DNA of 64,000 nucleotides from Minisyncoccota bacterium (GTDB taxonomy: Bacteria > Patescibacteriota > Minisyncoccia > Phycocordibacterales > DATDWN01): positions 167,114 to 231,113 of the forward strand of contig JBAYWK010000001.1 in NCBI GenBank assembly GCA_041674105.1. The letters are read 5' to 3'. Each line of letters begins with the position of its first letter. Position 1 is the stretch's first letter. The notes below the pieces were generated by a model. That model searched no databases. It was not told where the DNA came from and worked only from the letters and a program-made list of their open reading frames with translations. This document shows positions 18,873 through 27,586 of this stretch, in pieces. Made by a program: the position numbers and the translations under genes.

Positions 18873-19013
18873 GGTGACGATGTCCCGAAGTTAGAACCAA
18901 TGAGAACGCTTCATTTCAGCCGTGTTGATAAAATTGTACGTGATTTACGGCAAATTTACAGAGAAAACCCAACCTGCTTTGATATCCCCGGATTTGCTCA
19001 GAAAATCTATTGA
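18873..19013 (+). mobile_element. Startless ORF tail / putative att scar, copy 2
   Basis: GDDVPKLEPMRTLHFSRVDKIVRDLRQIYRENPTCFDIPGFAQKIY*; same length from GGT to stop as copy 1, with many synonymous differences. Confidence 0.55.
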
Positions 19014-19726
19014 GGACGAGCTTTCTGTAACAACTCGGACACTGTCACAAACGTATATCCTTCCTGCTTAAGCGCATCAATTATAAGCGGTAAAGCTTGG
19101 CGTTGTTCGCCACAGGTATCACACAGGGGGTGTAAAAGAATAATGGAACCAGGCCTTGTGTTCTCAATTGCATTGCTCACGAAGAATTCGGTGGTAGTGC
19201 CATAAGTGTCAGGCTCAACATCCCAAATAACCGTTGCTATATCGTGCTTATCCAGATACCACGGTAAGCCCAAGAGTTTCTTACTGTTTGGAGGACGGAA
19301 TGTAATCTTTCCCTCATATCCAGCCTGTCGAATAAGGCGATTTGTGGTTTGGATTTCATTATTTATGAAATCTTGCGATTTGAAGATTATTCTTTGGTGA
19401 GAATATGAATGGTTTCCAAGCTCGTTTCCGTTGGCAACTATCTTTTTTGTTAGATCGGGATATTTTTCGATTTGCTGACCAATTGCGTAAAACGTCGCGG
19501 TTACTTGTTTCTGTGCGAGCACATCAAGCACTTCATTCGTATAAGCAGTCGGCGCATCATCAAAGGTGAGTGCGACCACTTTTTCATCTGTGTCTACTCT
19601 TGTTATCAACACTCCAAAGACCTGATACGTCCTGGAATTCATGAGTTTGTAAGTGCCATACAAGACGACTATCACCGCAAGCAGTATCGCAATTACAATC
19701 AGAAATAGTTTAAAAAATTTATGCAT
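19007..19726 (-). CDS. Polysaccharide deacetylase (NodB family)
   Basis: ALTFDD, GNHSYSH, FRPP, GSIILLH; N-terminal TM. Confidence 0.93.
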   Translation of the reverse strand: MHKFFKLFLIVIAILLAVIVVLYGTYKLMNSRTYQVFGVLITRVDTDEKVVALTFDDAPTAYTNEVLDVLAQKQVTATFYAIGQQIEKYPDLTKKIVANGNELGNHSYSHQRIIFKSQDFINNEIQTTNRLIRQAGYEGKITFRPPNSKKLLGLPWYLDKHDIATVIWDVEPDTYGTTTEFFVSNAIENTRPGSIILLHPLCDTCGEQRQALPLIIDALKQEGYTFVTVSELLQKARPQ

Positions 19727-19744
19727 AATTCTAATTTGCCCATT

Positions 19745-19834
19745 TGGCGGAGGAGGTGAGATTCGAACTCACGGTCCCCGTAAAGAGACTCCTGTTTTCA
19801 AGACAGGTGCAATCGGCCACTCTGCCACTCCTCC
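19745..19834 (-). tRNA. tRNA-Ser(UGA), copy with encoded CCA
   Basis: GGAGGAG...CTCCTCC-G-CCA; anticodon loop CT-TGA-AA; long variable arm. Confidence 0.95.
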
Positions 19835-19868
19835 ATATTTTATATTATCTTTCCACTGTTTCTACTGT
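19748..19868. repeat. 121-bp direct repeat (whole tRNA-Ser plus 34 bp upstream), copy 1
   Basis: Identical by eye to 22279-22399. Confidence 0.92.
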
Positions 19869-19872
19869 TATA

Positions 19873-20454
19873 TTATTTTCTCACAATAAAATGAAAAACA
19901 TGCCAGTGCTTCATATCTCCCTTTGCTGTTGGTCTGTCTGCTTCTTCTTCCTTAAAATCAATAATCTCTAAACCATTCAAAAACTTTTCTGCCTGTTCAC
20001 GAGTCTGAAAATTCATCTTGTGATCTGGAACATTCCACTCATCTTTTTCACCGAAAAATTGTCCGGTAAGTATTCCACCGGTTTTAAGTGAAGAAGTGAT
20101 TGATTTGAAAACTCTTTCAAAAGTGTTTTGTGGATTGAATGGTAAAGAGTATTGTGCATTTATGAGATCGTATTTGTCTTCAACAAAATCAAAATCCTCA
20201 AAAGTACTGATAACATATGAGACAATTTCTGGTGGAAAGTTTTGAATGATGTCTTGAGCAAGAGGTTTACTGTCTACAGCATTAATATGTTTAAAACCTT
20301 TTGAAACGAGGAACTTTACGTCATTCAATGCACCAGAGCCTAAATCCAATGCTTCATTTTTATCATTCACAAAATCCACCGCCTTAACGAGTAGAGGTCG
20401 TGGCTTTATGTCCTTTGTCCGTTCAAAGTATTCTTTCCAAGTATTTTCTGACAT
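19873..20454 (-). CDS. Class I SAM-dependent methyltransferase (TehB-like)
   Basis: ALDLGSG, LKTGG, KHWHVF. Confidence 0.88.
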   Translation of the reverse strand: MSENTWKEYFERTKDIKPRPLLVKAVDFVNDKNEALDLGSGALNDVKFLVSKGFKHINAVDSKPLAQDIIQNFPPEIVSYVISTFEDFDFVEDKYDLINAQYSLPFNPQNTFERVFKSITSSLKTGGILTGQFFGEKDEWNVPDHKMNFQTREQAEKFLNGLEIIDFKEEEADRPTAKGDMKHWHVFHFIVRK

Positions 20455-20543
20455 AGTTGCATATTAGCACATAGTTTTTGATAAAGAAAAAGTCCCACCG
20501 TTCGCATTTCGCTACTAGGTGGAACTTGATTCACGGCCGATCC

Positions 20544-21794
20544 TTACGGATGAGTAATGAAAGTGTACTGGCGTTCGGGACTGAGGAGAGCAACTACTTC
20601 CTCCATCTGCTCGAACGTAACCTTTTGCAGATTGTCCCAGACCTCCTGCATGGGAATGATTCGATGATGGTTAACCAATTCACCCGCACATTCTCCACAC
20701 AGACCTGCTCCAGAATGATCGATCATGAGACACTGCTTGATGCAGGACTCGAGCTTGCGATCAAAGAGATCACGCCGTGATGGAACCATTGAGATGCACT
20801 TGCGTACAAGCTCGTTGATATATGGCGTAGCTTCTGGACTGATCTGCCCCTCGATCCGATACTCGCAGACATCCTGTAAATCCTCGAAGTCGATACCGAT
20901 GCTGTATGCGAGTCCACGTTTTTCGCGAACTTCGTCAAACAGAATCTTTCCGAGAACATTGTTGAACACCCTGCGTGCTTGTCGAGGAAAATCTAACGGA
21001 AACGCCCACGTTGCTTTGTAGCCCGTCTGATCAACCTTGAAGTTGACGTGGTCGGACATCTTCACTGTGTGAGACTGTTCCATTGGGATTGCAAATTGAT
21101 TGAACATTGAAGGAATAGGATTTCTCCGTCCCTCCTTTTGCTTTCCAAACGGACTCCGTTCAAGCTCGGCGATTACTTCTTCGGTCGTGAGACCTCCGAG
21201 AATTACCAAGCTCATGTTGGCTGGCGTGTAGTGTTGGTCGTAGAAACCTTGCAGGTCAGCTTCCGTTGCCGAAAGAAAACCCTCAGGACGACCAAGTGGA
21301 CGATTGTACGTTTCGAGACGATGCCCTTTGAAAAGCGATCGTCGTATTGTCATATCCCATTCCAATTTTTCAAGGAATGGGTACCGCTGATTGAACTCGC
21401 GGTAGATGACTTTACGTTCTCTTTCAATATCCTTTTCGAGACGAGCTTCGAGAAGCATCGAACCGAAAATTGAAATTACTTCTCGAAATGTCGACAAATC
21501 TGCTGGAACAGCAAACTTGTATCGAGTTGAGAGGTAGTTGGTCCTACCATACTCCGCTCGACCACCAACGCTCTCGATAAACTGCTTCACCGAGTCGTGT
21601 GTACGATTCGGAATGTTTTGACTGACACAATGTTCAACGAAGTGAGCGACACCAGGCATCTTGACCTGATCTTCGCGTGCTCCGCTGTGAACGACGATCT
21701 CCATTCTAATCCAAGGACGATCCTGGGACATCGAATGAATTTCAAGACCGTTCGGAAGAGCACATTTGTTGAAACCTACATACGGATCGTACAT
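20544..21794 (-). CDS. M16 family zinc peptidase (GC-rich, probably acquired copy)
   Basis: LPNGL, HFVEH (HxxEH), LFDEVREKRGLAY; SD AAGAGGAG. Confidence 0.88.
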   Translation of the reverse strand: MYDPYVGFNKCALPNGLEIHSMSQDRPWIRMEIVVHSGAREDQVKMPGVAHFVEHCVSQNIPNRTHDSVKQFIESVGGRAEYGRTNYLSTRYKFAVPADLSTFREVISIFGSMLLEARLEKDIERERKVIYREFNQRYPFLEKLEWDMTIRRSLFKGHRLETYNRPLGRPEGFLSATEADLQGFYDQHYTPANMSLVILGGLTTEEVIAELERSPFGKQKEGRRNPIPSMFNQFAIPMEQSHTVKMSDHVNFKVDQTGYKATWAFPLDFPRQARRVFNNVLGKILFDEVREKRGLAYSIGIDFEDLQDVCEYRIEGQISPEATPYINELVRKCISMVPSRRDLFDRKLESCIKQCLMIDHSGAGLCGECAGELVNHHRIIPMQEVWDNLQKVTFEQMEEVVALLSPERQYTFITHP

Positions 21795-22062
21795 TTCTTC
21801 TCCTCTTTTTCGTGGTGAATTTGATGGTTACAAAGAATTTAGTCCATGCCTATTTTAGCACACTTAATGCCACTATGTCAATAGCACCCTTGTTTTTCCA
21901 TAAAGAGCGAGTACTGAAACTTGAACAGTTTTCTCTCTATGCTTCGGATTACGTTTCTTTATTCACTCGCATATATCAACTACTCGAAAAGTATCGGATG
22001 ACTGATGAGCTGACTGGAATAGGAATAGGTGTCAGGTACCGTTTTTTTACTTCAATCTCAAA

Positions 22063-22278
22063 AAATTAAAAACACCCCGAAGGGTGTCTTTAATTTGCGG
22101 AGGAGGTGAGAGTTTCTCCCTCGAAAAATCACTTGCCGTCGCAAGTGGTTTTTCTGGGCACCGGTTTGTCGACAAGCCCTGCTGGGCTCGTAGACCGACA
22201 AACCGTTCGAATCTCACCCGAAAAACTTTCAGTTTTTCTTCCACCCAAACAAAAAACACCTAACGGTGTTCTTGTTTG
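22063..22278 (-). repeat. tRNA-3'-associated element (tRNA-Ser copy) with terminal direct repeat and terminator
   Basis: Inverted tRNA end split by AG-AAAAACTGAAAGTTTTT-CGG; shared core TTGTCGACAAACCGGTGCCCAGAAAAA..CACTTGCGACGGCAAGTG..TTTTTCGAGGGAGA; direct repeat TCTCACCTCCTCCGCA at 22096-22111. Confidence 0.88.
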
Positions 22279-22365
22279 CGGAGGAGGTGAGATTCGAACT
22301 CACGGTCCCCGTAAAGAGACTCCTGTTTTCAAGACAGGTGCAATCGGCCACTCTGCCACTCCTCC
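22279..22365 (-). tRNA. tRNA-Ser(UGA), copy without encoded CCA
   Basis: Identical to 19748-19834. Confidence 0.95.
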
Positions 22366-22399
22366 ATATTTTATATTATCTTTCCACTGTTTCTACTGT
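22279..22399. repeat. 121-bp direct repeat, copy 2
   Basis: Includes the last 8 codons (TVETVER plus stop) of the upstream gene. Confidence 0.92.
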
Positions 22400-22591
22400 A
22401 TATTTTTTTGCCACAAAATATATATAAATAATATCCAATATGGCGAAAGTATTTATAATCAATAAAATAATGAACCATTTTTTCTGGGAAAGTTGCGCTG
22501 ATTTCCATAAAGCAAGCCCTTTCCAAGGTAATGTCCATACTAATACTGCTGCAATTAGCCAAGGATTTATTGTTAACATTTCTGTTGACAT
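22376..22591 (-). CDS. DUF5652-like small membrane protein
   Basis: WTLPWKGLALWKSA...QKKWF...NT.AILDIIYI. Confidence 0.85.
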   Translation of the reverse strand: MSTEMLTINPWLIAAVLVWTLPWKGLALWKSAQLSQKKWFIILLIINTFAILDIIYIYFVAKKYTVETVER

Positions 22592-22655
22592 GCACACATA
22601 ATACCAGAAATAAGGCTTAATGCAATGTTTTAGTTTTTGGTATACAATGGCTTTT

Positions 22656-23048
22656 ATGAGGCATTTAGGCATAGATTTTGGGACAAAAAGGGTTGGGCTA
22701 TCTATATCAGATGATCAAGAGAACATAGCTTTTCCTCTTTCTGTTATAGAAAATTCAGATCATTTGGTAGATGATATTGTTTCAATTTGTTTAGAAAAAG
22801 AAGTCAGAGGTGTTGTGGTGGGGGATTCAAAGGATTTTTCTATGAAAGATAATCAGGTTATGAAATATGTAAATATTTTTGTTGCAGATTTCAGAGAAAA
22901 AATAAATATTCCAGTGTTTTTTCATCCAGAGTTTTTGACTTCTTTAGAGGCCAAGCAGATACAGGGTAAAAATGATATGTTAGATGCTTCGGCAGCAACG
23001 ATTATGTTACAAAGTTATTTAGACACACAAAAAAATGATATCAATTGA
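22656..23048 (+). CDS. yqgF: YqgF/RuvX family nuclease (pre-16S rRNA processing)
   Basis: LGIDFGTKRVGLSISD, EFLTS, DASAATIMLQSYL. Confidence 0.9.
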   Translation: MRHLGIDFGTKRVGLSISDDQENIAFPLSVIENSDHLVDDIVSICLEKEVRGVVVGDSKDFSMKDNQVMKYVNIFVADFREKINIPVFFHPEFLTSLEAKQIQGKNDMLDASAATIMLQSYLDTQKNDIN

Positions 23049-23361
23049 TGATTTTAAAAAAATAGAAATAAAAATAGGACAAATATTGAGTGCGGAAAAA
23101 GTAGAAGATACAGACAAGTTGTTAAAATTGTCTGTTGATTTTGGGGAAGAAGCTCCTAGGCAAATAATTTCAGGAATATCTTCTTATTTTGAAGACACAA
23201 AAGATTTGGTTGGCAGAAAATGTGCATTTGCTACAAACTTAGAGCCACGCACTATAAAAGGGCTAGAAAGTCAGGGTATGATCCTAGCTGTTTCTGGAGA
23301 TAATTTTTTTTCATTGTTAGAAGTTTCGGTAAAAGTTTTACCGGGCAGTCCTATAAGATAA
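23035..23361 (+). CDS. Stand-alone tRNA-binding OB protein (MetG C-terminal/Trbp111/CsaA family)
   Basis: ISIDDFKKIEIKIG, DKLLKL.VDFGE, NLEPR..KG.ESQGMILA. Confidence 0.9.
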   Translation: MISIDDFKKIEIKIGQILSAEKVEDTDKLLKLSVDFGEEAPRQIISGISSYFEDTKDLVGRKCAFATNLEPRTIKGLESQGMILAVSGDNFFSLLEVSVKVLPGSPIR

Positions 23362-23404
23362 AAATAAGTACACTTATTAAAAGTATTTTAGTATAATAAG
23401 GTTA

Positions 23405-24370
23405 ATGGTTTTTAAAAAAATTTTTGACACACTCCCTCCTCCAAAATTACTAAACATACCATATTTTGCGGTGTCTGTTTCTGATAAGAATATTCGTTGC
23501 ATATATCTTTCAAATCGAGGTCAAAAGATAGAACTTGTAAAATCCTCGGAGTACTCTATTCCAGAAGGAGTTATATCTGGAGGTCATATAGAAAATATGG
23601 ACGAGTTTTCCAATATATTGAAAAAAATAAAAAAAGAATTTGGTTTAAATTATGTAAGAATGTCTATTTCTGAAGAGAAGGCTTATCTTTTTAAAACTAA
23701 AATACCAATAGTGAAGAGAAAAGAGGTCCGTGATGCAATAGAGTCCACTCTAGAAGACAATGTCCCTGTGCCTGCAGAAGAGCTTGTCTTTGATTTTGTT
23801 GTAAATGACAAGACGGATTTAGATGATAGTTTAGATGTTGTTGTGGTAGCTCTTCCTGTAAAAATAGTTGACTCTTATGTAGAAGCTGTTTCTAAAGCCG
23901 GACTTTCAATGATTTCTTTGGAAATTGAATCACAAGCTATTTCGCAATCTCTTTTATCTCGTAATGATAGAAATACTAATATAATAATTTATCTTAATGA
24001 TGAAAAGATGTCTGTCTATGTTGTCAATAACTCTATAGTCCATTTTACCTCCACTACTTCTATAAAAGGGAATATAAAAGATAATGTCCCTTTTATTTCT
24101 CAAGAAGTAAGAAAGATTAGAACATATTGGAAATCCTTAGAGGGTAGTTCTTCTGAAGACAGTATAGAGGAGGTTATAATTTGTGGAGATTTTGTAGAAG
24201 AAGATGTCATATCACAGATATCGGTAAATATAAAAATGCCGGTAGTCCTTGGTAATGTGTGGACCAATGTATATAATTTAGATAAGTCTGTCCCAGATAT
24301 TTCTTTCAAGGATTCTTTAAAATTTGCTCCGGCTATAGGCTTGGCTTTGCCTGAAGATCTTTTAATTTAA
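23405..24370 (+). CDS. pilM: Type IV pilus assembly protein PilM
   Basis: Actin-like fold hints (IPEGVISGGHI, APAIGLAL); first gene of a pilMNO-like operon. Confidence 0.8.
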   Translation: MVFKKIFDTLPPPKLLNIPYFAVSVSDKNIRCIYLSNRGQKIELVKSSEYSIPEGVISGGHIENMDEFSNILKKIKKEFGLNYVRMSISEEKAYLFKTKIPIVKRKEVRDAIESTLEDNVPVPAEELVFDFVVNDKTDLDDSLDVVVVALPVKIVDSYVEAVSKAGLSMISLEIESQAISQSLLSRNDRNTNIIIYLNDEKMSVYVVNNSIVHFTSTTSIKGNIKDNVPFISQEVRKIRTYWKSLEGSSSEDSIEEVIICGDFVEEDVISQISVNIKMPVVLGNVWTNVYNLDKSVPDISFKDSLKFAPAIGLALPEDLLI

Positions 24371-24376
24371 ATAAAA

Positions 24377-24916
24377 ATGTTTAATTTAATACCAAAATCA
24401 GCAAAAAAGATAATTTCAAAGGATTATAAAATAAGGAGATGGGTTGTTGTTTTAACTTTTGTAATATTTGTTCAGCTTTCTCTTATGGTTTTTTTGCTAC
24501 CATCTTTGGTTCTATCATATTTTAAAGACAAAGATCTTTCAGAAGAAGTTCAGTCTGCAAAAGAGTCAGTTTTATCTAAAGATGCCGCAGCTATCTCTAA
24601 AGTTATTACTTCTACAAATACAAGCTTAGATTTGTACGAAAATCTTTTTTCCTATCCTCAGGTGGTGCCCCAGATAAATAAAATAATTTCTTATAAAAAC
24701 CAGTCTTTAAAATTTACAGATTTTCTTTACCAGTCTACAGGTACTTCAACCTCTCTAATAACTGTGAGGGGGATAGCTAGTACCAGAGACTCTTTGGTTT
24801 TGCTTGTGAGAAATCTTGAAGAATCAGGAGTTTTTTATAATGTTGATTTGCCAGTGAGTAATTTAGCAAAAGATAGAAACATTGATTTTTCTGTGAGTCT
24901 TTATTTTAAAGAATAA
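24377..24916 (+). CDS. PilN-like protein
   Basis: FNLIP N-terminus, TM, GIASTRDSL, VDLPVSNL; follows pilM. Confidence 0.7.
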   Translation: MFNLIPKSAKKIISKDYKIRRWVVVLTFVIFVQLSLMVFLLPSLVLSYFKDKDLSEEVQSAKESVLSKDAAAISKVITSTNTSLDLYENLFSYPQVVPQINKIISYKNQSLKFTDFLYQSTGTSTSLITVRGIASTRDSLVLLVRNLEESGVFYNVDLPVSNLAKDRNIDFSVSLYFKE

Positions 24917-24918
24917 AA

Positions 24919-25467
24919 ATGAATACTTATTTTTTCAAAAAAACAATAGCCATTTATTCTATAATAGTGATAGCTCTGTTGGGTTTACATATTTTTGTTT
25001 TTTTAAAAATAAAAAATTACAATCAAAGTATCGCTTCTTTTGAAAACGAACTAATCGTCCAGAAGGATAGGCAGGAAAAGATGTTTTATATGAATCAAAT
25101 TATTGATCAAAATAAAACTGAAATAGATTTAATAAAAAATTCTGTTGTATCAAAAAATGGTAATGTAGAGTTTATAGAAACAATGGAATCTCTGGCAAAA
25201 AATAATAATCTCTCAATAGAAATACAATCTTTGTCTTTTGAACCAGATCCGACTTTAAACAAAGATGAAATGGTTTTCTTTAAGATAAAGGCTTTGACTA
25301 AGGGTTCTTGGATCAATATATATACATTTTTATCCCAGATAGAAGCATTACCTTTTTCTATTAGAGTAGACAATATGGCTGCCGTATCTTCTTCTTCAGA
25401 TTCCCAAAATGGTATAAAGTCTGAGTGGCAAATGACTCTTGATATTAGAGTCTTAAAGTATAAATAA
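24919..25467 (+). CDS. PilO-like protein
   Basis: TM plus coiled coil; GSWINIYTFLSQIEALP. Confidence 0.68.
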   Translation: MNTYFFKKTIAIYSIIVIALLGLHIFVFLKIKNYNQSIASFENELIVQKDRQEKMFYMNQIIDQNKTEIDLIKNSVVSKNGNVEFIETMESLAKNNNLSIEIQSLSFEPDPTLNKDEMVFFKIKALTKGSWINIYTFLSQIEALPFSIRVDNMAAVSSSSDSQNGIKSEWQMTLDIRVLKYK

Positions 25468-25468
25468 T

Positions 25469-25795
25469 ATGGAAGATTTAATTAAAAAAATAAAGAGTTT
25501 TTATAGTTCAAATAAAAAAATTTCTTATGAGAAGAAGGGTATAAATCCTAAAAAAGATTGGATAGGTATTTTAAGCGTAGTTTTTATTGTTTTGGTTTTA
25601 GGAGGGATCTTTACTATTTATTTTTATATTCAAATAAACAATAGCTCTCTTTTTAAAGAAAATTACGAAGAATCTAGTGTTACTGTTTTAAATAATAAAG
25701 CTTTAGATAGGTTTGTAAAAAATATAAATGATAAAAAAGATGTTGTTCAAAGTATAAAAGACGGGAGAATGGCAATGTCTGACCCGTCAGAGTAA
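25469..25795 (+). CDS. Hypothetical single-TM protein in pil operon
   Basis: Operon position, one TM segment. Confidence 0.65.
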   Translation: MEDLIKKIKSFYSSNKKISYEKKGINPKKDWIGILSVVFIVLVLGGIFTIYFYIQINNSSLFKENYEESSVTVLNNKALDRFVKNINDKKDVVQSIKDGRMAMSDPSE

Positions 25796-25836
25796 TCTTT
25801 TCTGTTTTTTAAAAATATGTTAATCTGTCTATGTTT

Positions 25837-25908
25837 GCTCTCGTAGTTCAATGGATAGAACAGAGCTCTTCTAAGGCTTTGATGTAGGTTCGATTCCTGC
25901 CGAGAGCA
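25837..25908 (+). tRNA. tRNA-Arg(UCU)
   Basis: GCTCTCG...CGAGAGC-A; anticodon loop CT-TCT-AA. Confidence 0.95.
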
Positions 25909-26070
25909 CAATTAAAAAAATCCCCTTGGGGATTTTTTTAATTGTGCTCTCGGAGAAATAGTCCGGGAGACTGTTTTGTCAGGAATCGAACGGTTTGTCG
26001 ACAAACCGGTACCCAGAAAAACACTTGGGGCGGCAAGTGTTTTTTCGAGGGAGATATCCTGCCGAGGACA
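25909..26070 (+). repeat. tRNA-3'-associated element (tRNA-Arg UCU copy)
   Basis: TGCTCTCGG-[AG AAATAGTCCGGGAGACTGTTT TGT]-CAGGAATCGAAC is an exact inverted tRNA end; palindrome CGGTTTGTCGACAAACCG; direct copy TCCTGCCGAG at 26057-26066. Confidence 0.88.
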
Positions 26071-26147
26071 TGTTATTTTATGTTAAAATTATTAAACAGA
26101 TAATTTTTTGCTTGTTATGCTACTTACTTTAACGGTGCAAGAAATAT

Positions 26148-26176
26148 TGTAAGAAATATCATAAAATTTAGTCTTG
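26148..26176 (+). promoter_or_regulatory. Putative ECF sigma promoter (autoregulatory)
   Basis: TGTAAG-N17-GTCTTG, repeated with identical spacing at 27488-27516. Confidence 0.6.
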
Positions 26177-26180
26177 AAAT

Positions 26181-26693
26181 ATGAAAGACCTGGAGAAAAA
26201 AGAAAAAAACAATAATAAGGAAATTTTTGAAAGCTTATTTCAAGAGTATTCTTCTGTGGTCTATCGTCTTTGTTTGTATAAAACTAGCAAAGAAATAGTG
26301 GCACAGGATTTAACTCAAGAAACTTTTTTACGCTTGTGGAAGACAATGTCTTCTAGTAAAGAAATATTTAAACCAAAACAGTATATTTATCAAATCGCTA
26401 GGAATTTGATTGTAGATTATTATAAGTCAAATAAAACCATTTCTTTAGATGAATTGCAGGAAGAAGGTTTTGATCCGAAAATAGAACAAAGTTCACCAGA
26501 AATTTTGTCAGAGATTTCTCTTTTGAAAGAAGTCATTGAGAGTCTGGATACAGAATTTAGAGAAGTTATATATATGAGATTTGTAGAAGGTTTGGGAGTC
26601 TCAGAAATATCTGAAATATTAGATATTTCTGAGAATCTCGTCTCAGTCAGAATCAGTAGGGGTAAAGAAAAGTTGAAGGATAAATTTTTATAA
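26181..26693 (+). CDS. ECF RNA polymerase sigma factor
   Basis: AQDLTQETFLRLW, YQIARNLIVDYY (region 2); EISEIL.ISENLVSVRISRG (region 4). Confidence 0.93.
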   Translation: MKDLEKKEKNNNKEIFESLFQEYSSVVYRLCLYKTSKEIVAQDLTQETFLRLWKTMSSSKEIFKPKQYIYQIARNLIVDYYKSNKTISLDELQEEGFDPKIEQSSPEILSEISLLKEVIESLDTEFREVIYMRFVEGLGVSEISEILDISENLVSVRISRGKEKLKDKFL

Positions 26694-26694
26694 T

Positions 26695-27492
26695 ATGAAA
26701 ATGACAGAAGAACAATTTAATGAAATTCAAAAAACTTTTTCTAAAAGGTCTCTTTCTGATGATCAAAAAAACATAATACTCTCGACTATTTATAGAGAAG
26801 TGGGGAAGACTGAATTTCAATCAATCCCGGGTTCTGTGGTGGATAGTCCTATAAATTACTATTTTTCTTTTTTTAAGCATAAAACTTTTGTTATTATGGC
26901 GAGCTTTTTATTGTTATTATCGGGCACAGCCTATGCTTCTGCCCAAAGTTTGCCAGGAGATTTACTTTATAGGATGAAGGTTAATATGATAGAGCCTACA
27001 GTACTTGCTTTTAAATTTAGTGAAGAGTCTAAAAATGAGTACAAGATAGAATTGCTTCAGAAACGAATCGAGGAATTAGAAAAACTAAATAGCAAGAGTG
27101 CATTAGATTTAAACTCGCAGAAAGAAAGTTTTAAAGCTACAGTAAAAAACATAAAAATTCTTGAAAAGAGTTCTATCTTCAACGAACAAGGTGAAAATCA
27201 AGGTGTTTCCGAGCAGATTAAAATTTATAATGGTCTAATGGGGGATGATTTGAAAGTGGACACAAAAATTGAGATTGAACTAGGTAGTGATTTAGAAGTA
27301 AAAAAAGATACAGGAGTAATTGATGGGAAAACAAATGATTTAAAAGATGTTACAAATAAGCCCGATAATGATAGTGGTAGTTTAAATATCAAGAATGATG
27401 TTATCGAAAAAGATGAAATTAAGGTTATTGATAATGTGATAAGGAATATTGAAGAAACTCAGGATATAGAACCTAAAATACCTCAATTGTAA
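26695..27492 (+). CDS. Putative anti-sigma / DUF5667-type membrane protein
   Basis: TM followed by SLPGDLLYRMK...E; immediately downstream of the ECF sigma. Confidence 0.7.
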   Translation: MKMTEEQFNEIQKTFSKRSLSDDQKNIILSTIYREVGKTEFQSIPGSVVDSPINYYFSFFKHKTFVIMASFLLLLSGTAYASAQSLPGDLLYRMKVNMIEPTVLAFKFSEESKNEYKIELLQKRIEELEKLNSKSALDLNSQKESFKATVKNIKILEKSSIFNEQGENQGVSEQIKIYNGLMGDDLKVDTKIEIELGSDLEVKKDTGVIDGKTNDLKDVTNKPDNDSGSLNIKNDVIEKDEIKVIDNVIRNIEETQDIEPKIPQL

Positions 27493-27516
27493 GATTTTTT
27501 TAAAAATAAAGTCTTG
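27488..27516 (+). promoter_or_regulatory. Putative ECF sigma promoter
   Basis: TGTAAG-N17-GTCTTG. Confidence 0.6.
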
Positions 27517-27586
27517 GACCATGTACAATAAAAGTACAGTAGAATAAGTCGAAATTACTGATAAAACATAGATAAAATATAACTTT

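Noticed and set aside
18095-22278. Classical integron with attC sites
   Set aside because: No intI gene and no RYYYAAC...GTTRRRY-bounded attC hairpins between the genes; the delimiters show protein-coding conservation instead.
12966-26070. CRISPR array interpretation of the recurring palindromic core
   Set aside because: Copies are kilobases apart, with no repeat-spacer periodicity and no cas genes.
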